A stretch of 32,000 nucleotides of DNA from Candidatus Methanoperedens sp. GTDB lineage: Archaea > Halobacteriota > Methanosarcinia > Methanosarcinales > Methanoperedenaceae. Position numbers and translations under genes: made by a program. The notes under the pieces are model-generated. The model had not been told where the DNA came from, made no database searches, and worked only from the letters and a program-made list of their open reading frames with translations. Shown here piece after piece: positions 16,090-25,657 of this stretch. Each line of letters starts with the position of its first letter. Position 1 is the stretch's first letter. The stretch covers positions 60,001 through 92,000 of the forward strand of contig JBGQBI010000001.1 in assembly GCA_041494705.1 (NCBI GenBank). The letters run 5' to 3'.

Positions 16090-17157
16090 ATGAATAAAAA
16101 CAAGTCAAATCTTAAAGCAATTGATTTCTTTTGCGGTGCCGGAGGAATGACAAACGGTTTCCGTAAAGCTGGAATTGAAGTAATTGCTGGAATTGACATT
16201 GACGGTGAATGCAAAGAAACATATGAAAAGAACAACAAATGTTCGAATTTCATTCTTGCGGACTTAAAAAAACTTTCTTTTGAGGAATTTGAAAGGCAAA
16301 CTGGAATAAAAAAGAATGACGATAATTTAATTTTCATAGGTTGTAGTCCTTGTCAATACTGGACACTACTTAAAACAGACAGAACCAAATCCGAAGAATC
16401 GAAAAATTTATTAGTCGATTTTCAAAGATATGTTGAAGAATATAATCCAGGATATGTTGTTATTGAAAATGTTCCTGGCATACTTACAAAAGAAGGAAGT
16501 CCTTTAAATGATTTCTTGGAATTTCTAAAAAGTAAGAATTATACTCACGACAAAGCGATTATTAATGCTTACAAATTCGGAGTGCCTCAAACAAGGAGGA
16601 GGTTTTTGTTGATTGCATCAAGAGTGAACATAAACATAAAACTTCCTAAGCCGAGAACAAAAAAAATTCCTACGGTTAGAGATTTTATTTCCGAATCAAA
16701 TAGATTTCCAAAATTGAAAGCGGGAACATTTGATAGCACTTTTAAAATACATACTGTTGCCGGATTATCAGAACTAAATTTACGCCGCTTAAAATTGACA
16801 ACGAAAAATGGCGGAACAAGGTTATCTTATGTAGATGATAAAGATTTAGCAGTTCCATGCCAATACCAAAAGAAAAATTCTTTTCACGACACTTATGGCA
16901 GAATGCATTGGGACAAGCCCGCCCCCACTATCACTACAAAGTTTTTCAGTATTTCAAATGGACGTTTCGCTCATCCGGAACAAGACAGAGCCATTTCGTT
17001 GAGAGAAGGAGCAACACTTCAAACTTTTGATATATCATATAAGTTTTATGGCAAAAATATTGCTTCGATTGCCAAACATATCGGTAATGCTGTTCCTCCT
17101 GCTTTATCAAAAAAAATTGCTTTATCAATAATAAAACTCCAAAATCATGAGCGATGA
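16090..17157 (+). CDS. dcm: DNA (cytosine-5)-methyltransferase
   Basis: Motif I FFCGAGGMTNGF, motif IV GCSPCQ, motif VI ENVPG, motif VIII QTRRRF, motif X GNAVPP. Confidence 0.92.
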   Translation: MNKNKSNLKAIDFFCGAGGMTNGFRKAGIEVIAGIDIDGECKETYEKNNKCSNFILADLKKLSFEEFERQTGIKKNDDNLIFIGCSPCQYWTLLKTDRTKSEESKNLLVDFQRYVEEYNPGYVVIENVPGILTKEGSPLNDFLEFLKSKNYTHDKAIINAYKFGVPQTRRRFLLIASRVNINIKLPKPRTKKIPTVRDFISESNRFPKLKAGTFDSTFKIHTVAGLSELNLRRLKLTTKNGGTRLSYVDDKDLAVPCQYQKKNSFHDTYGRMHWDKPAPTITTKFFSISNGRFAHPEQDRAISLREGATLQTFDISYKFYGKNIASIAKHIGNAVPPALSKKIALSIIKLQNHER

Positions 17158-18775
17158 AAAATTAATAATGACATTTGAAGCAAACACCATAAAGCATTTG
17201 GGTGTTAAAATGTATGCGAATCTGCCGCCTGCATTGGCAGAATTGATTGCTAACGCCTATGATGCCTGTGCAACGAAAGTGTTCGTTCGTTTATATGATG
17301 GTGCTGAAAAAAAAGTAATTGTTGAAGATGATGGTGTAGGAATGTCATTTGATGAAGTTAATGACTTCTTTTTGAGAATCGGAAGAAACAGAAGGGAAGA
17401 AAATCAAAAATCACCTTGTGGCAGAGTGCCTACAGGAAAAAAGGGTCTAGGGAAATTAGCACTTTTTGGAATTGGAGATACAATAAACATTACTACGAGT
17501 CAAGGAGAAGAAGGAGTTAGTTTCAATCTTGATTGGAACGAAATCCTTAGTTGGAAGGGTAGTGATTACGAACCAAAGTTTAGCATTTTGCCTAAAGGTA
17601 AAACTCCAAAAGGAACAATAATTACCTTAACGAACCTGAAGAGGAAAACAGGTTTTCCTGTTGAGGATTATGCCGAAAGCATAGCGAAACTATTTAATTT
17701 TCAAGATAAGTTTATTGTGTATTTATCTTTGAATGATGCTAAACCCATTAAAATTGATAGCAAACTGAAATATGAAAACATAACTCCCGAATTTGAGTGG
17801 GACATTCAAAAAATCATTGGGGTAAATAAGGAAGATTATGCTGATAAAAAAGAAATTCAAGGTACAGTTTTTACAAATGAAAAACCTTTAAAGTCAAATG
17901 CAACAGGTATTACATTGTTTGCAAATGGCAGAATGGTAAATATTCCAGAATTCTTCGGGTTGTCTGGTTCAAGCAATTTTTATTCTTACGCAACTGGCTG
18001 GCTCAATATTGATTTCATTGATAATTGGGACGAAGATGTTATTTCTACAAACCGCCAATCAATAGATTGGGAAAATGCAAGAACTTCTGAATTGAGAAAA
18101 TATCTTGCTTCTTGCATTTTAATCATTGAAAGACAGTGGAGAGAATCAAGAAAGGTAAAGAAGCAGGAAAATATTACCAAAAAGGCGAACATAGATGTCA
18201 AGGATTGGACGAATAAGTTGCCTGAGAATGCTCAGGGGCAAGTTGAAACTATTGTCAATATTTTGGATGATACGCCTGAATTATCAGAAGACACACAACA
18301 AAAAGTAATTAAACTTCTTCACGAAATCGCTCCCGAATATGCGAACTTACATTGGCGTAACCTGGATAACGAAATAAAAATTGCTTCTGAAAGGTATTAT
18401 CAAAATGCAGATTATTACACTGCATTTCTTGAAGCATTGAAGAGATATAGTCAAGAAGTAAGAGCTAGGTCAGGAAGCAGCAATGGAAGTGAAAGAAGTA
18501 TGATGGGGGAAGTTTTTTCAAATAGAAAACTTTCGGTTACAAAAAAGTATAAAAAAACAGATGGAACAAATTTTTTACCAGATTCAATAGAAAATATTGA
18601 AGCTGGACAGCAATATTTGTCAGAAGGTATTGTAATGGGCGGTAGAAATCCTCTTTCACACGAGGAACATGTAGAGTTAAGTAAAACAGGATTGTTTTCG
18701 GAAAAAGATTGCTTAGATTATTTAAGTTTACTTTCCCATTTGTCTAGACGATTAAATGATGCTGAAAAGCCCTAA
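17147..18775 (+). CDS. GHKL-superfamily ATPase (MutL/MORC-like HATPase_c) fused to a C-terminal Ymh/TIGR02391-like domain
   Basis: N box ELIANAYDA, G1 box DDGVGM, G2 box GKKGLGKLALFGIG. The C-terminus (YYTAFLEALKRYSQEVR...GGRNPLSHEEH...CLDYLSLLSHLSRRL) matches my recollection of the TIGR02391/Hypoth_Ymh family. It overlaps dcm by 11 nt. Confidence 0.72.
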   Translation: MSDEKLIMTFEANTIKHLGVKMYANLPPALAELIANAYDACATKVFVRLYDGAEKKVIVEDDGVGMSFDEVNDFFLRIGRNRREENQKSPCGRVPTGKKGLGKLALFGIGDTINITTSQGEEGVSFNLDWNEILSWKGSDYEPKFSILPKGKTPKGTIITLTNLKRKTGFPVEDYAESIAKLFNFQDKFIVYLSLNDAKPIKIDSKLKYENITPEFEWDIQKIIGVNKEDYADKKEIQGTVFTNEKPLKSNATGITLFANGRMVNIPEFFGLSGSSNFYSYATGWLNIDFIDNWDEDVISTNRQSIDWENARTSELRKYLASCILIIERQWRESRKVKKQENITKKANIDVKDWTNKLPENAQGQVETIVNILDDTPELSEDTQQKVIKLLHEIAPEYANLHWRNLDNEIKIASERYYQNADYYTAFLEALKRYSQEVRARSGSSNGSERSMMGEVFSNRKLSVTKKYKKTDGTNFLPDSIENIEAGQQYLSEGIVMGGRNPLSHEEHVELSKTGLFSEKDCLDYLSLLSHLSRRLNDAEKP

Positions 18776-18777
18776 TT

Positions 18778-19197
18778 ATGGCAGACATTTTTTCCAAAAC
18801 GAAACGCAGTGAAATAATGTCTAAAATTCGGGCGACAGAAACAAAGCCCGAAAAAATTGTTCGCAGTTTTCTTTTCGCAAAAGGTTTTCGTTATCGTAAA
18901 AATTTAAAATCACTCCCTGGCAAACCGGACATTGTTTTATCGAAATACAAAACAGCAATTTTTATCCACGGCTGTTTTTGGCACGGACACAAGAACTGCA
19001 AAGCTGCAACATTACCGCAGACAAGAAGAAACTTTTGGACTGATAAAATTAATGACAACAAAAAACGAGACGCAAAGAATTACAAGGAATTAAAAAAATC
19101 CGGATGGAAAGTAATTACCATTTGGCAATGTCAAATAAAAAATAAAAGTAAACAAGAAAGAACATTAAATCGTGTTGTAAATAAAATAATTAATTAA
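18778..19197 (+). CDS. vsr: Very-short-patch-repair endonuclease
   Basis: SEIMSKIR..TKPE...LF..GFRYRKN...PGKPDIVL...AIFIHGCFWHGH is canonical Vsr. Starts 2 nt after the upstream stop. Confidence 0.9.
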   Translation: MADIFSKTKRSEIMSKIRATETKPEKIVRSFLFAKGFRYRKNLKSLPGKPDIVLSKYKTAIFIHGCFWHGHKNCKAATLPQTRRNFWTDKINDNKKRDAKNYKELKKSGWKVITIWQCQIKNKSKQERTLNRVVNKIIN

Positions 19198-19252
19198 GCC
19201 AACGCATTGGCAAGCACATTTTCATTTTCTCCAACCACACCGATGGATAGAA

Positions 19253-19259
19253 TTTATAA
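19253..19259 (+). promoter_or_regulatory. Candidate archaeal TATA box for carB
   Basis: TTTATAA lies about 28-34 nt upstream of ATG 19287, which would give a nearly leaderless mRNA. This also argues against the earlier ATG at 19266 as the start. Confidence 0.3.
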
Positions 19260-19286
19260 CATGCCATGACATTTAGGCTTGAAATT

Positions 19287-22200
19287 ATGCCCAAAAGAAC
19301 AGACCTCAAGAAAGTACTGCTCATAGGCTCAGGCCCAATTATGATAGGACAGGGGGCGGAATTTGATTTTTCAGGCAGCCAGGCATGCCGCTCACTCCGT
19401 GAAGAAGGTATCAAGGTAGTCCTTGTCAACAGCAACCCGGCAACAATAATGACGGACACCGACATGGCTGATGCCATCTACATTGAACCGCTTGAGCCTG
19501 AAATCGTTGCAAAAATCATAGAAAAAGAGCGGCCTGACGGCATCATTGCGGGTCTTGGCGGGCAGACCGGCCTGAATATTACAACCGAGCTTGGCGAGAT
19601 GGGGGTTCTGGATAAATTCAATGTCGAGCTTCTTGGCACATCGCTCCAGGCAATCAAGGATTCGGAAGACCGCGACCTTTTCAAGAAGAAAATGATAAGC
19701 ATCGGCGAAAAAGTCCCGCGTTCAAAAGCCGTGAATACGCTAAAAGAAGCCGAGTCGCTGATTGAAGAACTCGGGCTTCCGCTTATCATCCGCCCCGCAT
19801 ACACACTCGGCGGCGCAGGAGGCGGCATCGCCTATACGCGCGAGGAACTCCTTGAAATCACAGAGCGCGGGCTTGAACGCTCACGCATTCACCAGGTGCT
19901 GATTGAAGAAAGCATCATCGGATGGAAAGAATTCGAATATGAGGTGATGCGTGACAAGAACGATACATGCATCGTGATATGCAATATGGAAAACTTTGAC
20001 CCTATGGGCATCCATACCGGCGAGTCCATAGTTGTAACGCCTTCACAAACGCTGTCGGATGCCGACCACCAGAAACTCAGGAGCACCTCGATAAAGATAA
20101 TAAGGGCGCTCGGCATCGAGGGTGGGTGCAATATCCAGTTCGCTGTCCGTGATGACGAGGTCAGGATCGTTGAAGTCAACCCGCGGGTCTCACGCTCATC
20201 CGCCCTTGCCTCAAAAGCCACAGGATACCCGATAGCCCGTGTCACTGCAAAAATCGCAATCGGCATGACACTGGATGAGATAACAAACGATATCACCAAG
20301 AAAACCCCTGCATCTTTTGAACCCACTATCGACTATACGGTTGTCAAAATCCCGCGCTGGCCTTTTGATAAATTCGTTACAGCAGACAAGCATCTTACCA
20401 CGGCAATGAAAAGCACGGGCGAGGTGATGGCAATAGGAAGGACTATCGAAGAAGCCCTGCAGAAAGCAGTTCGTTCACTTGAAGTGGACATGTACTTCGG
20501 ATTCAGGGAGTGGAGCAATGATGAGCTCTTGGATATCCTGCGCCATCCCACCCACGAGCGCCTGTTTGTCATTTACCAGGCTTTGCGAAACGGCATGCAA
20601 ATCAATGAAATTTCAAGGCATACCAATATCGACCCTTTCTTCATACGGAAAATAAAGAATATCATAGACATCGAGGATACAATAAAAGAAGAGCTGTCGG
20701 CTGATAACCTGCGAAAGGCCAAACGCATGGGGTTAAACGATGAGAGAATAGCGTTCCTGTGCGGAAGGACACGCGAAGAGATAAACGATATGCGAAGGGA
20801 AAATGGCATCATTCCCACCTACAAGATGGTAGATACCTGCGCAGCCGAATTTGCAGCAGCTACACCTTACTATTATTCCACCTATGAAGACCAGTGCGAA
20901 GCGGCTCCCACCGACAAAAAGAAAGTGCTCATTATCGGTTCAGGTCCCATCCGCATAGGACAGGGCATCGAGTTTGACTACTGTACAGTTCATGCCGTGA
21001 CAGCATTGAGGGAAGAAGGTATCGAAACCCATATCCTGAACAACAATCCTGAGACCGTGTCTACGGATTACGATACCTCTGATAAACTCTTCTTTGAGCC
21101 GCTTACGCTTGAAGATGTCATGAACGTGATAGACAGGGAGCGTCCTTATGGCGTGATGGTACAGTTCGGGGGACAGACGTCTGTAAACCTTGCCATTCCG
21201 CTTAAAAAAGAGCTTGACCGAAGGTCTGACCTGAATACCGTTATACTCGGAACAACTCCTGACGACATGGACATTGCAGAGGACAGGGGACGCTTTAACG
21301 CCATGATGAAAAAACTGGGCATCCTCCAGCCCGAGGCAGGGTGCGCAACCAATTATAAAGAAGCGTTCATTGAAGCGACAAGAATCGGATATCCTGTGCT
21401 CGTGCGCCCATCATATGTGCTTGGCGGGCGGGCGATGGAAATCGTTTACGATGACCGCGACCTTGAGCGATACCTGAAAGAGGCTGTGAGGGTCTCAAAC
21501 GAGCATCCGGTGCTTATCGATGATTTCCTCGATAATGCTGTGGAAATCGATGTGGATGCAATATGCGACGGGAAGGATGTGCTCATAGGCGCAATAATGG
21601 AGCACATAGAAGAAGCGGGCATTCATTCGGGCGACTCGGCATGCGTCATACCGCCGCAGTCCCTGAAACCCGAGATTATCGCTACTGTTCGCGATTATGT
21701 AAAAAAAATAGCTCTTGCCCTTCATGTGGTCGGGATAGTCAACATACAGATGGCAACCAAGAACGGCCTGGTCTATGTTCTTGAGGCAAACCCCAGGTCG
21801 AGCCGCACCATACCTTTTGTAAGCAAGGCAATAGGGCTTCCGCTTGCAAAAATTGCGGCAAAGGTTATGGCAGGTCACTCATTAAAGGAACTTGGTTATA
21901 CCGGCGATATAATTCCAAAGCATGTTTCTGTAAAGGAAGTGCTGCTGCCTTTTGACAAACTCCCGGGCGCAGACCCTGTGCTCGGGCCTGAGATGAAAAG
22001 CACGGGCGAAGTAATGGGAATAGATTATGATTTCGGGAGAGCCTTTTTCAAGGCAGAATGGGCTGCGGATAATACCCTGCCGCTTTCAGGAACGGTTTTC
22101 ATGTCGGTACGCGATGAAGATAAGAAGCTTATTATCGGTGTTGCAAAAAAAATGCAGGATGCAGGTTTGCATATCCTTGGCACGCGCGGTACGGTCAGGT

Positions 22201-22481
22201 TCCTGGAAAAGAACGGAATAAAGATTGATGTCATAAACAAGGTAAGCGAAGGCACGCCAAACATCGTAGACCTTATCCATAAAAAAAAGGTTGACCTTAT
22301 TATTAATACACCGACAAGCAAACAGACTGTGAAGGACGGTTTCCAGATAAGGCGTGCTGCTGTTGATTTCAGCGTTCCTTATATTACCACGATACAGGCT
22401 GCGCTTGCGGCTGCCGATGCAATTCAGGCAATGAAGAACGGGGAGATTACGATTAAGTCGCTGGGCGAATACCACTCGTGA
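19287..22481 (+). CDS. carB: Carbamoyl-phosphate synthase large subunit
   Basis: MPKRTDLKKVLLIGSGPIMIGQGAEFDFSGSQA, a duplicated ATP-grasp halves layout, and a C-terminal MGS-like domain. Length about 1064 aa. Confidence 0.95.
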   Translation: MPKRTDLKKVLLIGSGPIMIGQGAEFDFSGSQACRSLREEGIKVVLVNSNPATIMTDTDMADAIYIEPLEPEIVAKIIEKERPDGIIAGLGGQTGLNITTELGEMGVLDKFNVELLGTSLQAIKDSEDRDLFKKKMISIGEKVPRSKAVNTLKEAESLIEELGLPLIIRPAYTLGGAGGGIAYTREELLEITERGLERSRIHQVLIEESIIGWKEFEYEVMRDKNDTCIVICNMENFDPMGIHTGESIVVTPSQTLSDADHQKLRSTSIKIIRALGIEGGCNIQFAVRDDEVRIVEVNPRVSRSSALASKATGYPIARVTAKIAIGMTLDEITNDITKKTPASFEPTIDYTVVKIPRWPFDKFVTADKHLTTAMKSTGEVMAIGRTIEEALQKAVRSLEVDMYFGFREWSNDELLDILRHPTHERLFVIYQALRNGMQINEISRHTNIDPFFIRKIKNIIDIEDTIKEELSADNLRKAKRMGLNDERIAFLCGRTREEINDMRRENGIIPTYKMVDTCAAEFAAATPYYYSTYEDQCEAAPTDKKKVLIIGSGPIRIGQGIEFDYCTVHAVTALREEGIETHILNNNPETVSTDYDTSDKLFFEPLTLEDVMNVIDRERPYGVMVQFGGQTSVNLAIPLKKELDRRSDLNTVILGTTPDDMDIAEDRGRFNAMMKKLGILQPEAGCATNYKEAFIEATRIGYPVLVRPSYVLGGRAMEIVYDDRDLERYLKEAVRVSNEHPVLIDDFLDNAVEIDVDAICDGKDVLIGAIMEHIEEAGIHSGDSACVIPPQSLKPEIIATVRDYVKKIALALHVVGIVNIQMATKNGLVYVLEANPRSSRTIPFVSKAIGLPLAKIAAKVMAGHSLKELGYTGDIIPKHVSVKEVLLPFDKLPGADPVLGPEMKSTGEVMGIDYDFGRAFFKAEWAADNTLPLSGTVFMSVRDEDKKLIIGVAKKMQDAGLHILGTRGTVRFLEKNGIKIDVINKVSEGTPNIVDLIHKKKVDLIINTPTSKQTVKDGFQIRRAAVDFSVPYITTIQAALAAADAIQAMKNGEITIKSLGEYHS

Positions 22482-22490
22482 GGTTCATAG

Positions 22491-23720
22491 ATGAGCGGGG
22501 ACATCATCAAAGGAATAAAGAAAAACGTATTCGCCCTCGGATTTGTCAGCTTTTTCACCGACATCAGCAGCGAGATGCTGTACCCCATCATTCCCATATT
22601 CCTGACAACCGTTCTCGGCGCGCCGCTGACAATCGTCGGGATAATAGAAGGGGTTGCAGAAAGCACAGCTAGCATCATGAAAGTTGTATCGGGCTGGCTG
22701 TCAGATAAAACCGGAAAAAGAAAGCCATTTGTCATTTATGGATATGGTCTTTCAGCAATTGCAAAACCCCTCCTCGCGTTTGCAGCAACATGGCACTTCG
22801 TTCTTACGGCGCGGTTTCTTGACAGGTTCGGTAAAGGGCTTCGCTCCTCGGCAAGAGATGCGCTCATAGCGGATTCAACAGATGCCCAATACCGTGGGAA
22901 AGCCTACGGGTTTCACCGCGCCCTTGATACTATGGGGGCTGTTATCGGGCCGCTCATTGCCTTGCTCCTTTTATATTACCTTGATGGGAATTACAGGCTG
23001 ATATTCCTTATAGCGTTCATTCCGGCTGTTATAAGCGTTGTGTTGTTGTTTTTATACGTTTCTGAGAAAAAAAGCGATAGGAAAGAAGGACAGCGTTTTA
23101 AACTCTCGGAGTTTAGCCGTGAATTTAAGATTTTTCTTCTAATATCCGTTATTTTCGCAATTGGTAATTCAAGCGATGCGTTCCTGATTCTCAGGGCAAA
23201 AAATATTTTTGGGGCGAATCTTGGCGAGATACCTTCGTTCATCACCGCAAACTTCGGGGGTATGGCTGTTCTTGCAGTCGTTGTATTGAGTTATGTGGTT
23301 TATAATATCACATATTCGCTTGCTTCCATGCCTGCCGGGATTCTTTCGGATAAGATCGGGCGAAGAAATGTAATGGTTGGCGGGCTTCTGATATTCTCTT
23401 TAGTGTATCTGGGTTTTGCAGTGGCAAATTCCGGATATCATATATGGATCCTGTTCGCAGTATATGGGTTTTACATAGCCATGACAGACGGCGTGAGCAA
23501 GGCGTTTGTGGTTGATATGGTGCCGAAGGAAAAAAGAGGGACTGCAATAGGATTGTACTATACTGCGACAGGGCTTCTGGCTCTTCTTTCAAGCATAATC
23601 GCAGGCATTTTGTGGGATTACATAGGAGCTTATGCCACATTCCTGTTCGGGAGCGCAGCAGCGCTTGTGGCTGCATTTATGATGATTACGCTCTTGCCAA
23701 AACATAATAATATCTCATAA
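22491..23720 (+). CDS. MFS-type transporter
   Basis: About 12 hydrophobic segments. GWLSDKTGKRK and LDRFGKGLRSSARDA loops are typical of MFS motif A. Confidence 0.78.
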   Translation: MSGDIIKGIKKNVFALGFVSFFTDISSEMLYPIIPIFLTTVLGAPLTIVGIIEGVAESTASIMKVVSGWLSDKTGKRKPFVIYGYGLSAIAKPLLAFAATWHFVLTARFLDRFGKGLRSSARDALIADSTDAQYRGKAYGFHRALDTMGAVIGPLIALLLLYYLDGNYRLIFLIAFIPAVISVVLLFLYVSEKKSDRKEGQRFKLSEFSREFKIFLLISVIFAIGNSSDAFLILRAKNIFGANLGEIPSFITANFGGMAVLAVVVLSYVVYNITYSLASMPAGILSDKIGRRNVMVGGLLIFSLVYLGFAVANSGYHIWILFAVYGFYIAMTDGVSKAFVVDMVPKEKRGTAIGLYYTATGLLALLSSIIAGILWDYIGAYATFLFGSAAALVAAFMMITLLPKHNNIS

Positions 23721-23729
23721 CCGGTAGCA

Positions 23730-24314
23730 ATGTCACGCAAAACAGAAATCGCCCTCCTTTTGAAAACGCTTGATAAAGCCCTCAAAATAGATGAAACGCA
23801 GCTTGCGGATGAAATAAAATCCATAGGCTTTAAATGCAATAATTGCGCTCATTGCTGCCAGGCTGAATATGGCGATAACACAGTATTTGTTTTTCCTTCT
23901 GAGATAAGACGCATCAGTGAAAAAACCGGGCTCAAGCGTGATGATTTCGTAATTCCAACGCCTTCAGAAGACAGGGATTCCGAAGGAAATACCCATACTT
24001 TTGAATGGGTTCTCAGAAAAAACGGGAACTGCATTTTCCTAAAAGGTGGTTTATGTGAAATTTATGAATCAAGACCTTTTATATGCAAAACCTATCCTTT
24101 TTATTTGCTGGATGGACGCCTCATGGTTTCTGAATGTGAAGGCATTGGAGGCGATATCACAGAAGAGGAGAGCCGCAAACTCGCAACTCTTCTCAAGGAA
24201 AGATATATTGCTGAGATTAAAGAGGCGATTGCGCTCTTTGAGATATTTCGGGGCTTCAATCCTTCAGGAAGCGGGATATGCGTGCACGATAGCGAGGGCG
24301 AGCACTGGGTTTGA
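23730..24314 (+). CDS. YkgJ/UPF0153-type cysteine-cluster protein (putative Zn/Fe-binding)
   Basis: CNNCAHCC cluster plus downstream CIFL...GGLCEIYESRPFICKTYPF, characteristic of the CxxCxxCC family. Confidence 0.68.
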   Translation: MSRKTEIALLLKTLDKALKIDETQLADEIKSIGFKCNNCAHCCQAEYGDNTVFVFPSEIRRISEKTGLKRDDFVIPTPSEDRDSEGNTHTFEWVLRKNGNCIFLKGGLCEIYESRPFICKTYPFYLLDGRLMVSECEGIGGDITEEESRKLATLLKERYIAEIKEAIALFEIFRGFNPSGSGICVHDSEGEHWV

Positions 24315-24395
24315 AGTTGCAAAATCCTGACCGAAATTTAGCGAGGCGGTTACATTACGTGTTGGGTAAATTGAAAAGATATTAAAAAATGGATG

Positions 24396-25277
24396 TTACA
24401 AAAAATTATCCCATTTTTCTTTAAGCCATTTTATAAACCTTCTGCTTTCCTGAATAGCTTGTGGGAGTGCCAATATTGCTGATGGGATGGATATTATTGC
24501 AATTGCTAAAGCTAATATTCCCAAATATAATGAGTTCATGGTAGCCTTATCCAAATCTAGTTTCATTGGGTCCGGATGAATCTTATAATCAATAAGAAAA
24601 GGACTCATTATATTGCTGTTCTCATTATACCACCATTCTATGGATTCCCCTCTTCCAAATGATGTGCGATAATCATATTTTGGAAATGTATCCAAAATTT
24701 CTTCCCAATAATAAGGGTCGTTGGGTAAATTCACTTTAATAATAAGAGATTGAACATTTTTGTTGGGGAATGGCAATAAATAAAATATAAACTTACTATA
24801 GTCTCCCGTGTTTGAAGAAATTTGAATAATTTTGGTTCTTGTTCTAATTGTAAGTAGCTGGTTCTTAAGAAAAGTAGTATATTGACCACTTTTGGGGGAT
24901 ACTGCAATAACATATTCATGAATATATGTAGAATCGCTGTTTTTAGGGGATATAGTATAATTTCTAATAGAGTAATTATAACTAGTATAATTATCTCCCA
25001 CTGAAACCTCCGTTAGATTTGCTTTTTCTTTTGAAAAAGAGGTTATACGTATAGGAATTTCTAACGGAGTAGATGAATCCCATTCAAAATTATCATCTAG
25101 ATTCTGATATCTGATTATAGTTACGAGTTCACCATTGCCATCCAAATCTAAGGAAAAGGTATAAGTAGCAAAAATGTATGTGTTTGGAAAATTGACCGTT
25201 GCTTGGGCAGATTGAGTGCCGAATATGACCGTTGCTAAAAGCAGAGCAAAGAACACATATAGCGCTTTTTTATACAT
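24396..25277 (-). CDS. Hypothetical secreted or membrane-anchored protein in an AT-rich islet
   Basis: N-terminal signal-like segment (ALYVFFALLLATVIFGTQSAQA). C-terminal TM helix (LYLGILALAIAIISIPSAILAL). Asn/Tyr/Ile-rich. No motif I recognise. Confidence 0.5.
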   Translation of the reverse strand: MYKKALYVFFALLLATVIFGTQSAQATVNFPNTYIFATYTFSLDLDGNGELVTIIRYQNLDDNFEWDSSTPLEIPIRITSFSKEKANLTEVSVGDNYTSYNYSIRNYTISPKNSDSTYIHEYVIAVSPKSGQYTTFLKNQLLTIRTRTKIIQISSNTGDYSKFIFYLLPFPNKNVQSLIIKVNLPNDPYYWEEILDTFPKYDYRTSFGRGESIEWWYNENSNIMSPFLIDYKIHPDPMKLDLDKATMNSLYLGILALAIAIISIPSAILALPQAIQESRRFIKWLKEKWDNFL

Positions 25278-25472
25278 TTCTCAGTCACCCATGGTTTTCA
25301 AAAGTGAAAAGTGCATCTTGACTAGCTTTTAAATACCTCATCGCACCCTCTTATTGGTTTGATTAATAAATAGTTATTGCAGAATAGATAAAAGATTCCT
25401 CGAATAATCAATAAGCAACATTAACCATATTTAGTATATATAAATTTATAAGATTTAACTATCTCTATCCAA

Positions 25473-25617
25473 AAAATCGTTTCAATATATGTTAGTGAAT
25501 AAAAATTATAGGATGAACCTAAACTGGTGATGGCATAAACGTAATTACAATCAACCATAACCCCGTATTAAGGTAATTTATTGTCTCAGTACACCCAACA
25601 CCAATTGAAACGATTTT
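25473..25617. repeat. Perfect 14-bp inverted repeat pair flanking about 117 bp of AT-rich DNA
   Basis: AAAATCGTTTCAAT (25473-25486) and ATTGAAACGATTTT (25604-25617) are exact reverse complements. They sit in the 380-bp intergenic region upstream of the metallophosphoesterase. Confidence 0.45.
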
Positions 25618-25657
25618 AACATTACAATTATAAACAACTGAACTAATATTACACCCT

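Noticed and set aside
19266-19286. Upstream ATG 19266 as the carB start (MTFRLEI extension).
   Set aside because: CarB proteins typically begin MPKRxDIxK. The TATA-like TTTATAA at 19253-19259 is too close to 19266 for it to be the start.
19198-19290. Absence of carA immediately upstream of carB, which might indicate that the dcm island split a carAB operon.
   Set aside because: The gene on the far side of the island is fae-hps on the opposite strand, not carA. No carA fragment is visible. Separate carA and carB loci occur in some genomes. This cannot be evaluated from one window.
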